A stretch of DNA of 18,287 bases from Methanothrix sp. (lineage in GTDB: Archaea; Halobacteriota; Methanosarcinia; Methanotrichales; Methanotrichaceae). Where the stretch lies: assembly GCA_040770465.1 (NCBI GenBank), contig JAXGJB010000047.1, positions 1 through 18,287 on the forward strand, in the 5' to 3' direction. Positions 1-7,220 of the stretch are shown here, in pieces. Under the pieces are notes generated by a model. That model was not told where the DNA came from, searched no databases, and worked only from the letters and a program-made list of their open reading frames with translations. Position numbers and translations under genes: made by a program. Numbering within the stretch: the first letter of the stretch is position 1; each line of letters begins with the position of its first letter.

Positions 1-12
1 TCATATTTTCCT

Positions 13-339
13 CTACTCGCCTGGAGTTTCGCTCAAGATGTCGGGATATCTCTCCATCAACCGCGAGTAAATAGCGCTGGTCTCGCCGTACACCAAGTCG
101 TGATGGTTTATGGTTATGAACAGGATTGCATCTCTGATGATTACATAAGTGATGACAAAAGGATTTACATGTACGCCGCGAACGCCTTTTAAATTATATC
201 TTTTAGGCACGCCAGTTTCAGGATTTTCTGCTATTTTTTCGATCTTCTTTTTCACCTTTTCTTCTAAAGATCGGTTTTTCTGAGTTAGTTTTTTATAATT
301 ACTATCGAATTCTTTGGTGAAGATTATTTTGGTTATCAT
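13..339 (-). CDS. relE: Type II TA toxin, RelE/ParE superfamily
   Basis: 108 aa with the family pattern 'KIIFTKEFDSNYKKL...KKIEKIAENPETG....NLKGVRGVHVNPFVITY...ILFITINHHD.VY'. Lies directly downstream of a small acidic ORF. Visibly AT-richer than the neighbouring genes. Confidence 0.85.
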   Translation of the reverse strand: MITKIIFTKEFDSNYKKLTQKNRSLEEKVKKKIEKIAENPETGVPKRYNLKGVRGVHVNPFVITYVIIRDAILFITINHHDLVYGETSAIYSRLMERYPDILSETPGE

Positions 340-358
340 CCGGCAACCTTAAAAGCGC

Positions 359-523
359 TCACAGGCTATCTAAATGCTTTAACGCCTCGTCTTTATTATG
401 ACAGACAGTCACACGCCCTTCTTTGTAATCCTCTATGCCCCTAACTATGCTTGCTACGTATTCATCTTCCATATCAAGGGGAATTGCTTCAGTTTTTGTG
501 GTTTTGATCTCGGCAGATCCCAT
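359..523 (-). CDS. Putative cognate antitoxin (RelB/DUF2683-like), 54 aa, absent from the ORF track
   Basis: Manual translation MGSAEIKTTKTEAIPLDMEDEYVASIVRGIEDYKEGRVTVCHNKDEALKHLDSL*. SD AGGTGA upstream (531-537). The 'I.RG.EDYKEGRV......EAL..L' C-terminus is typical of RelE/YafQ partners. Ends 19 nt before the toxin ATG. Confidence 0.8.
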   Translation of the reverse strand: MGSAEIKTTKTEAIPLDMEDEYVASIVRGIEDYKEGRVTVCHNKDEALKHLDSL

Positions 524-620
524 TCTAATATTCACCTAACTTAAATTGAGGCTTTGAAGTTATCTATCTTTCGCCTTCAGCGTCCGCACGATCTTTTTCC
601 TGGGATCGGCGGCGAAGGTT

Positions 621-643
621 CAGCCGCCCACGTCCCCGCGCCG
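621..643 (+). repeat. Partial copy of the inter-TA core motif
   Basis: CAGCCGCC-CACGTCCCCGCGCCG aligns with 697-720 CGGCCGCCTCACATCCCCGCGCCG. Confidence 0.6.
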
Positions 644-645
644 AT

Positions 646-725
646 CTGTTTTCGCCGCCCGGCCACCCTCGCCCGGCGGATGTCCTCCCCTCGATGCGGC
701 CGCCTCACATCCCCGCGCCGCAGGG
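646..725 (+). repeat. ~80-bp GC-rich direct repeat, copy A (left of mntA-hepT)
   Basis: Manual alignment to 1527-1608 gives about 67/83 identical columns. Internal stem TTCGCCG (651-657)/CGGCGGA (674-680). Confidence 0.85.
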
Positions 726-815
726 GGGAGCGATCGGCCCCACGATCTCGATATAGGGACCATTTCGGCGGCGATCTTCCGAGGCCGAAAGGTGGACATA
801 CCAAAAGATATTGTG

Positions 816-825
816 TATAATTATA
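816..825 (+). promoter_or_regulatory. TATA box / palindromic operator candidate of the mntA-hepT operon
   Basis: Perfect palindrome TATAATTATA ending 17 nt before ATG 843, preceded by an A-rich BRE-like stretch. SD AGGTGG at 830-835. Confidence 0.5.
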
Positions 826-842
826 GATCAGGTGGTTTGGTC

Positions 843-1133
843 ATGGACAAAAGCGACCTCCTCAGGGAGAAGAGGACCGAGATCCTCCAAACGGCGGCCG
901 AACACGGGGCGTACAACGTCAGGATCTTCGGATCGGTGGCTCGTGGCGAGGCGGACGAATCAAGCGACCTCGACTTCCTCGTCGACATGGAACCTGGTCG
1001 GAGCCTCCTCGACCTCGGCGGCCTTCTCATGGACCTTCAGGACCTTTTGGGCTGCCCCGTGGACGTCGTGACCGAGAGGGGGCTTCGAAAGCGGATCCGG
1101 GACCAGGTTTTAAAAGAAGCCGTGGCGCTATGA
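843..1133 (+). CDS. mntA: Minimal nucleotidyltransferase (MNT) antitoxin, type VII TA
   Basis: GSX10DXD motif ([15 protein letters not shown]) and '[13 protein letters not shown]'. Start moved to ATG 843 (SD upstream), giving 96 aa. ATGA overlap with the HEPN gene. Confidence 0.92.
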   Translation: MDKSDLLREKRTEILQTAAEHGAYNVRIFGSVARGEADESSDLDFLVDMEPGRSLLDLGGLLMDLQDLLGCPVDVVTERGLRKRIRDQVLKEAVAL

Positions 1134-1498
1134 GGGACGATAGGAGACGGCTTCTGGACATCGCCGAGGCGATAGAGAGAATCGAGAAGTACGCCTCAAA
1201 AGGACGCGAGGCCTTTGAAGACGATGAGCTGATCCAGAACTGGATTCTTCACCACCTCCAGGTGATCGGAGAGGCCGCTCGTGCGATCTCGGATGAACTC
1301 AAAGACGAACACGACGAGATGCCATGGCAGCAGATCGTGGGAATGCGCCACATTTTGGTTCACCGCTACTTCGAGGTGGATACAGATCTGATCGGGTCCG
1401 TCGTCGAGGACGACGTGCCAGCGCTGAAGCAACAGATCGAGCTAATATTGAAAGACCCTTTATTGAAAGAGCCTGAAGAGGAGCCTCCTCGAATTTGA
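1130..1498 (+). CDS. hepT: HEPN/DUF86 ribonuclease toxin (HepT-like)
   Basis: 'LQVIGEAA' and '[20 protein letters not shown]' with an intact RX4HXY motif. Translationally coupled to the MNT gene. Confidence 0.92.
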   Translation: MRDDRRRLLDIAEAIERIEKYASKGREAFEDDELIQNWILHHLQVIGEAARAISDELKDEHDEMPWQQIVGMRHILVHRYFEVDTDLIGSVVEDDVPALKQQIELILKDPLLKEPEEEPPRI

Positions 1499-1526
1499 TC
1501 CGAAAATGGTTTTTTGTCGCCTATGC

Positions 1527-1608
1527 CTGTTTCCGCCGCCCGCCGTTCCCGCCCGGCGGAGGTCCTGCGCCCCTCCGAGCGGCCGCCTCGCATCTCCGCG
1601 CCGCCGGG
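1527..1608 (+). repeat. ~80-bp GC-rich direct repeat, copy B (right of mntA-hepT)
   Basis: Same orientation as 646-725. Perfect 7-bp stem TCCGCCG (1532-1538)/CGGCGGA (1554-1560). Confidence 0.85.
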
Positions 1609-1733
1609 TCTGATCACGTTTGGACTAAAAGCTCAGCGTCTCTCAAGCGCATGGGGTTGCCCCACCTCAAAAAGATCACGCGACATCAAAATCGCCCTTC
1701 TCTGAGCTGTGCCATGTCCCCCCCCAGCGGCCT

Positions 1734-2210
1734 TCATTCAAAGAGGTTTTTCAGCTCATCGATTTGAAGCTCTCTTATCAAGATCGAATTGACACCGTAC
1801 TCTCTGGCATGATGGCTCATACCATTGTCATCTGTGAACAAGAGGGCATCCTTCATCCTGGCCAGTGCGACAAAATAGGTATCGAACCCGGTGCTTCCCC
1901 GATCCAAAGCCACCCTCCAGGCAGAATTGAAGATGTCTGGTTCACCGACCAACTCGTAGGCCCTCATGAGACCCCTCGAAAGCTTCACGGCCAGGTCTCT
2001 ATTGGCCAGCCGCCTCAAAACGGCAGCCGTTTCGATCACACATACCTTGGGGATGAAAACCTCGAAGGAGCTTTCATCCAGACTACTGAGAACGAGGCGA
2101 CACTTTTGGTGTGTCTCCAGCTCGCGAAAATAGATCTCTTTTGGAAGAGATTTGTAAGGGGTCAACGCCCCTTTCACTATCACGGTGGTATCGAGGACTG
2201 CCTTATTCAT
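1734..2210 (-). CDS. vapC: PIN-domain toxin, VapC family
   Basis: Acidic tetrad in the expected contexts: VLDTTV, IETAAVL, GFDTYF, LFTDD. Overlaps the upstream antitoxin by 8 nt. Confidence 0.9.
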   Translation of the reverse strand: MNKAVLDTTVIVKGALTPYKSLPKEIYFRELETHQKCRLVLSSLDESSFEVFIPKVCVIETAAVLRRLANRDLAVKLSRGLMRAYELVGEPDIFNSAWRVALDRGSTGFDTYFVALARMKDALLFTDDNGMSHHAREYGVNSILIRELQIDELKNLFE

Positions 2211-2397
2211 AGTAATTCCGAGCCCTCATATCCTTGAGGACGAGGTCGACGTCTTCTTTTGCTTCCTCCTCCCCCACCTCGTCCAAAAGCTTGCTGAAGC
2301 TCTCCCTTATGATGATCTTGACCTCAGCCTTATCGGGCAGGTCCAACTTCTTTAGAGGTTTCAAAACTTCGTCCTCGTATATGGCCCTTACTTGCAT
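2203..2397 (-). CDS. Antitoxin, DUF104/AF2212-like (VapB role), ~64 aa
   Basis: 'MQVRAIYEDEVLKPLKKLDLPDKAEVKIII' matches the DUF104 pattern AIYE.GV.KPL.K..L. The true start is likely ATG 2397 (alternative 2409). The longer track N-terminus runs through the promoter and repeat. Confidence 0.85.
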   Translation of the reverse strand: MQVRAIYEDEVLKPLKKLDLPDKAEVKIIIRESFSKLLDEVGEEEAKEDVDLVLKDMRARNYYE

Positions 2398-2516
2398 CTC
2401 GACCACCATATGTGGATTTGTTTTCAAAGATTTAATAGTATGCCATGCCGAATCAGTGGTGATGGTGTGATCACCGCATAGAACCTGGCCATTAAATATT
2501 CGCTCCCATCTCGGCC

Positions 2517-2545
2517 CAGCTACCTCAGATCCCCGCACCGCCAGG
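2517..2545 (+). repeat. Diverged copy of the inter-TA core motif, between vapBC and the modC 3' end
   Basis: CAGCTACCTCAGATCCCCGCACCGCCAGG, 22/29 identical to 697-725 with no gaps. Confidence 0.65.
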
Positions 2546-2570
2546 CGCCACCCCGGGCCTCCTTTGGCCA

Positions 2571-3695
2571 TCAGAAGACGTGCACCGCCGTCGCCTTGAA
2601 GGTCAGATAAACGTGGTCCCCCACCGCCAGGTCCATCTCCTCGTATCCACGCCGGGTCAGCATCACCATGAAGGGGATTCCCACGTCAACCCACACCTTG
2701 ACCATCGTCCCGCCGTTGGATATCTCCACGACCCTCCCCTCAAAGGAGTTTCGCGCGCTGGATTCGAGAGGGGCTTTGGATATCAGTATGTCCTCGGACC
2801 GGACCGATGCGAAGACCTCACTCCCCTTTTTCCCTTCTCGGATAGCTCGAACTCTCCACTGATCAGCACCCCACTTTCCATCTTCATCTCCATTCCAGGA
2901 CGTCGCCGACGCTATCTTGAGACCTTCCACCTCGATCTCTACCAGGCCCCGGCTCTTCGATGCCACACCTCTGAAGATGTTCTCGACTCCGACGAAGTTT
3001 GCGATCATCTCGCACCGGGGCCTTCTGAAGATATCCTCTGGAGTTCCCACCTGGACGATCTCGCCCCTGCTCATCACCGCCACCTTGTCGGCGAGGGAGA
3101 AGACCTCCTCGAAGTTGTGGGTGACGTGTATTATCGTCGTGCCGTAGACCTCGTGAATCCTCTTCAGCTCTCGCCGGAGCTTCTCTCGCGTCACGCCGTC
3201 GAGGGCGCTCAGAGGCTCGTCGAGGAGCAGAACCTTCGGCTCCATGACGATCGCCCTGGCGATAGAAACCCTCTGCTTCTCTCCACCGCTCAACGTCTCC
3301 GGCATCCGGTGGTGAAGGTGCGAGATCCCCAGAAGCTCCGATGCTTCATTCACCCTCTCCTCGATCTCGTCGGTGGCCGCCTTTCTAACCCTCAATCCGA
3401 AGGCGATGTTCTCCTTCACCGAGAGGTGAGGAAATAGCATGTAGTCCTGGTAGACCATGCAGACCTTCCGGTTCCTCGGAACCTCCCTTGTGATCTCCCG
3501 ACCGTCTAAGAAAATCCGCCCCTCATCCGGAGAGCTGATCCCCGCCACCGTCTCCATGAGGATCGTCTTGCCCGAGCCGGTGGGTCCGATTATGACGAGA
3601 TACTCGCCAGATCCCACCTCCAAAGAGACGTCCCTCAAGACGAAATCGCCCAGATCCTTGGAGACCTTCTCGATCCTCAGCAAACCGTTTGCCAC
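2571..3695 (-). CDS. modC: Molybdate/tungstate ABC transporter ATP-binding protein with C-terminal TOBE domain (ModC/WtpC)
   Basis: Walker A GPTGSGKT, signature LSGGEKQR, Walker B LLLDEP, H-loop VTH, TOBE 'SSARNSFEGRV...LAVGDHVYLTFKATAVHVF'. Confidence 0.92.
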   Translation of the reverse strand: MANGLLRIEKVSKDLGDFVLRDVSLEVGSGEYLVIIGPTGSGKTILMETVAGISSPDEGRIFLDGREITREVPRNRKVCMVYQDYMLFPHLSVKENIAFGLRVRKAATDEIEERVNEASELLGISHLHHRMPETLSGGEKQRVSIARAIVMEPKVLLLDEPLSALDGVTREKLRRELKRIHEVYGTTIIHVTHNFEEVFSLADKVAVMSRGEIVQVGTPEDIFRRPRCEMIANFVGVENIFRGVASKSRGLVEIEVEGLKIASATSWNGDEDGKWGADQWRVRAIREGKKGSEVFASVRSEDILISKAPLESSARNSFEGRVVEISNGGTMVKVWVDVGIPFMVMLTRRGYEEMDLAVGDHVYLTFKATAVHVF

Positions 3696-3698
3696 CTC

Positions 3699-4496
3699 CT
3701 AAAAATGGCGAAGGCCTCCAAACCGCCATTCGAATACGCAAAGGGAAACCACCGATACCAGTATCAGGATCGTAGCCGCCGAGATGGCCTCGTCGAGCCT
3801 CCCGCAGGACATGTTCAGAAATAGGGATATCGGCAGCGTCTCAGTTCTCATCCTCGTCGCTCCCGCAAGCATCAGAACCGCGCCGAACTCGCCGATCCCC
3901 TTCGACCAGGTGATCACCGACCCTGCGAGAAGGCCGTTTGATGCCATGGGCAGGGTCACCCTCAATATCGCCTGGGCGTCGGTGCACCCCAGGGTCTTGG
4001 CCACGTGCTCATACCTCGGGCTGATCCCCTCGAAGGTCGACCTCATGATCCTGAGCATGAACGGCACGTTCACAAAGAACTGGGCGATCACGATACCAGC
4101 GGGCGTGAAGACGAAGACGAGCCCGAATTCCGCAAGCTCCTTACCAGGCATGCTGGCGCCGAAGAAGAGGAGGAGGCCGATCCCCGCCACCAGAGGTGGG
4201 AGGGATAAAGGCATGTCGAGGATGGCGCTCACCAAGCTTTTTCCCGGAAAGTCGTAGCGAGCTAGGGCGTAGGCCGCCGGGACTGCAACGAGAATGCATA
4301 GGACCGTCGAGGCGACCGACGTCTTGAGGCTGAGGCCGATGGCAAACTGGATCTCCTCGGATCGGAGAGTGGCGAGGAATGTCTCGGGTGGCGAGCGGCT
4401 CAGAACCATGAGAAGGACGATCGATATGAAGAACGCAAGGACGAGGCTCGCCCCGATGGTTGCAGCCTTCAGCCAGAGCCGCTCGATAATGGTCAG
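3699..4496 (-). CDS. modB: Molybdate/tungstate ABC transporter permease (ModB/WtpB)
   Basis: 'DMPLSLPPLVAGIGLL', EAA-like 'YEHVAKTLGC', 'IGEFGAVLMLAG'. The frame is open upstream of ATG 4409 to CTG 4496 and encodes the missing first TM helix. Confidence 0.9.
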   Translation of the reverse strand: MTIIERLWLKAATIGASLVLAFFISIVLLMVLSRSPPETFLATLRSEEIQFAIGLSLKTSVASTVLCILVAVPAAYALARYDFPGKSLVSAILDMPLSLPPLVAGIGLLLFFGASMPGKELAEFGLVFVFTPAGIVIAQFFVNVPFMLRIMRSTFEGISPRYEHVAKTLGCTDAQAILRVTLPMASNGLLAGSVITWSKGIGEFGAVLMLAGATRMRTETLPISLFLNMSCGRLDEAISAATILILVSVVSLCVFEWRFGGLRHF

Positions 4497-4535
4497 CTTC
4501 CTATTCCTCCTTCCCTAAAGCTTCGCCCCTCAGCT

Positions 4536-5309
4536 TCATCCCTCGTACTTGGGGTCGGGATACGTGGTGAATCCGTGATCGACAAAGACCGCCTTGCCCT
4601 CTTCCGATGCGACGAAGTTCATGAAGATCTCGGCGCTCTCTCTATCTTCGGAGAAGACCAGAGTCCCGATGGGAACGATCTCAATCTCGTTCTTCTCCTG
4701 AGGTATATCGACCTTATCCATCGTCTCAGGGTCGAACAGGTCTTCCCATACGATCGCCGCATCGGCCTGCTCCATCGTTACGTAGACCAGAAGCTCGTTC
4801 ACAGTTACAGATAAGGCGACGACGTTCGTTTCGACCTCTTCCCAGATCCCCAATCTCTCCAGCATCTTCTTGGATATCTTTCCGATGGCCGGACCCATTG
4901 GATCGCCGAGGGCGACCCTCACTCCAGGCTCTGCGAGATCCTCAAGGGTTTCAACCCCCGCGGGATTTCCTTTTGGGGTGATGAGGCAGGGGACGTGATA
5001 GACGACGTTTGCAGTTTTGTTGATGAAGCCCTTCTCGATCGCTGATTCGATGTCAGGTCTCCCCCCGGGCATATATAGATCCCCGGTCTGGTACAGCTCG
5101 ATCTGAGATAGGAGCTGGGCCGACCCGCCGAAGTTGTACTGGATCTCGACCCCTTCCTGCTCCTCGAAGAGGTCTGCGATCTCCTCCATCGGCTCCCTCA
5201 GCCCGGCTCCGCAATAAACCAGGAGCGAATCGTCAGCGGCGCACGCCGAGATGGCGAGGTTTGCCGCCAGGATCAATCCGATCACCACAGATAAAGCTCT
5301 GCGATTCAT
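4536..5309 (-). CDS. modA: Molybdate ABC transporter substrate-binding protein
   Basis: Signal peptide MNRRALSVVIGLILAANLAISAC (possible lipobox ISAC), 'LLVYCGAGL', 'NFGGSAQLLSQI', 'EGKAVFVDHGF'. Start set at ATG 5309. Confidence 0.9.
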   Translation of the reverse strand: MNRRALSVVIGLILAANLAISACAADDSLLVYCGAGLREPMEEIADLFEEQEGVEIQYNFGGSAQLLSQIELYQTGDLYMPGGRPDIESAIEKGFINKTANVVYHVPCLITPKGNPAGVETLEDLAEPGVRVALGDPMGPAIGKISKKMLERLGIWEEVETNVVALSVTVNELLVYVTMEQADAAIVWEDLFDPETMDKVDIPQEKNEIEIVPIGTLVFSEDRESAEIFMNFVASEEGKAVFVDHGFTTYPDPKYEG

Positions 5310-5320
5310 AGGGTGGGATG

Positions 5321-5345
5321 GTGTAAACACAAACATAAATATTAT
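5321..5345 (-). promoter_or_regulatory. Putative modABC promoter (TATA-like) with an adjacent imperfect palindrome
   Basis: Minus-strand ATAATATTTAT (5335-5345) lies about 26-36 nt upstream of ATG 5309 with no SD, which suggests a leaderless mRNA. GTGTAAACAC (5321-5330) is an operator candidate. Confidence 0.4.
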
Positions 5346-6232
5346 GGTATGAAGGTGAACGAAAACATTTAACCGATCGGCATTATGGCGCAAAAGTGGG
5401 GATGATGATTCAGCAGGTCACCAGCAGATTTCAAGAGTTACGACTAAAGAGAAAAAAACAGCAATATCGAGCATCAGGCGGACCAGCACCGACCACAGTG
5501 CCCTTCCGGAGGGACCGATCACATTTGTGACGGCCTGCTCCGCCCCGAGCCCGACTCAAAGCCGAGCGAGCAATCACAGCGCTATCCTTTCCATAGCGTC
5601 TATTCTGCGAGAACCCAAAAGCACCGTCATTTGCCGGGCCTGTTTCTTGCTCTGCCGAGGCTTTGTGCCGCATCCCGCCCCTGGCGAGAACTCTCGGATC
5701 CCGCTGAGCTGAGGCATATACTACGCCCTTTACAGCGTGCATATCTCTGACCCTGCTGGTCCTCAGCCTCTCCATCGCTTTCCGGATGCTGCCTCGATAG
5801 ACAGCACCTCCCAGGTCTAGCCTGAAGAGCTTGGCCGGTATGCTCGTCCTCGTTCTTACAGTGCGAAACGCGGCAAACCTACCATATAATCGTTATAGAT
5901 ATTAGTAGTTTGCGGTCGGGCTGGACGGCTCGGCCGCGGATCTCATCGCTCCTCCGTGTCGCAGGTTAAGCACCGATATCCGGCAGCATGATCAGGCAGG
6001 TCGCGAATCAATTCCTCTTCCTGGTTCACTCAAAAACTCCGGGTCTTGATGGTCCGATGGATCTATTCGCCAGAGAGAATGTCCGCCATCCATGTCCGCT
6101 GTATCCTCGCCAGGGAGCATTCAGCGCTGCCATCCCTGATCGGCGCTTTTAGGATATGTTCGCGAACGCAGAGTATAGCGTTTTGAAAAAGATAATCTTT
6201 AAAAAGAGAAAGTGGATCAGCCCGGCCGAGAG

Positions 6233-6895
6233 CTAATCCATCGTCTTCCAGTGCTCGTACTCATGGGTCCAGATATCTTTGTTCATCTTCACCAGAGCCT
6301 TGAAGTACTCTCCCCTCTCACGGTGGACCGCCTCTTGATCCGGGTAGACTCTCTTGCTACTGATGGCTTCTGCCAGCCCCTGTCCCAGGGTGAAGGCTTC
6401 TTTTTCAGCAGATTCCATCTGGCCCGGTATCCGGGGTGCCGCTCCCACCTGACCCACAGAGTTCGCCCCGAAACCTATAAGAATCTTGTTCAAGTAGTCG
6501 GTGACCTCAGCAGAGGCGGGACTTCCCGCGGTGGCCACAGCGCATCCATACTTGCCGGTGAGGAGCTGGCAATGGATGGTATCTGCCATCCTGTCCAGCA
6601 TCGTCTTCATCTGGGCTGTGACGGTGTGGAAGTAGTTTGGTGAGCCCAGAACCAGGCCGTCACAGTCAAGGATCTTTTGATACAGATCTACGAAGTCGTC
6701 CTCGTATATGCATCTGCCATTGGCAAAGCAGGTGCCACATGCGTTGCAGTACTTGATATCCAGCTTGCACAGATCTACCAGTTCCGTCTCTGCTCCAGAG
6801 TCCTTTGCTCCGTCCAGAACTGCCCTGACAAGTCGGAGCGTTTCGCTCTTAGAACCCCTTGGGCTCGCGTTTATACCAAGAACCTTCAATTTCAT
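6233..6895 (-). CDS. Iron-sulfur flavoprotein (Isf) / multimeric flavodoxin family
   Basis: FMN loop 'GINASPRGSKSET', compact CX2CX2CX5C motif (CNACGTCFANGRC), 'LGSPNY...TAQMKTMLDR'. Confidence 0.9.
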   Translation of the reverse strand: MKLKVLGINASPRGSKSETLRLVRAVLDGAKDSGAETELVDLCKLDIKYCNACGTCFANGRCIYEDDFVDLYQKILDCDGLVLGSPNYFHTVTAQMKTMLDRMADTIHCQLLTGKYGCAVATAGSPASAEVTDYLNKILIGFGANSVGQVGAAPRIPGQMESAEKEAFTLGQGLAEAISSKRVYPDQEAVHRERGEYFKALVKMNKDIWTHEYEHWKTMD

Positions 6896-6911
6896 CCCTC
6901 AACTTCGTCCC

Positions 6912-7000
6912 CGGATGGGTGTTGATCCGTTTCATTTCAGAGGAGAATCTCCTCTGCCGATCACCCTCGATGGGTGATGTTGACATGATATACATCGCCC
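6912..7000. promoter_or_regulatory. Cluster of inverted repeats upstream of the Isf gene
   Basis: CGGAT/ATCCG (6912-6929); perfect CAGAGGAGA-A-TCTCCTCTG (6938-6956); ATCACCC/GGGTGAT (6960-6978); overlapping GGGTGATGT/ACATCGCCC (6972-7000). Confidence 0.55.
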
Positions 7001-7110
7001 GTTTTTTGTTGATCTTACTAAAACCTGTCGAATCGAAGCTATATCGGCAGCGATCTGGAGGTCGGGATCCCGGATCTCATCCTGATATAACTCGAATTTT
7101 GCGGCGGCCG

Positions 7111-7220
7111 TATAATGTACCATCATGTACTCTCATTTACTATCACATACTATCACGTGCCATCAAGCGCAATCACATATCATTACGTCTTATTACATAC
7201 CATCACGTATTATCATGTCA
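7111..7220. repeat. Degenerate tandem array, 11 x 10 bp, consensus YATCAYRTAY, no indels
   Basis: Units TATAATGTAC CATCATGTAC TCTCATTTAC TATCACATAC TATCACGTGC CATCAAGCGC AATCACATAT CATTACGTCT TATTACATAC CATCACGTAT TATCATGTCA. T3 and A5 are invariant. Confidence 0.9.

Noticed and set aside
554-820. Arg/Pro-rich ORFs at 554-820 and 577-804 (also 1366-1617, 1495-1767, 1514-1705)
   Set aside because: Translations of the GC-rich repeat spacers.
646-1608. Canonical integron attC sites or IS terminal repeats
   Set aside because: No RYYYAAC/GTTRRRY ends. The repeats are direct, not inverted, and no integrase or transposase is present. Kept only as a novel-repeat hypothesis.
2580-4814. Long antisense ORFs over modABC (likewise over aspS, the SLC5 fusion and DUF1614)
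   Set aside because: Shadow frames expected from high GC3 codon bias.
5431-5775. 114-aa minus-strand ORF as a ModE-like regulator
   Set aside because: No HTH or TOBE pattern, and the composition is not protein-like.
7111-7220. CRISPR array
   Set aside because: Contiguous 10-bp degenerate units with no repeat-spacer alternation and no cas genes.
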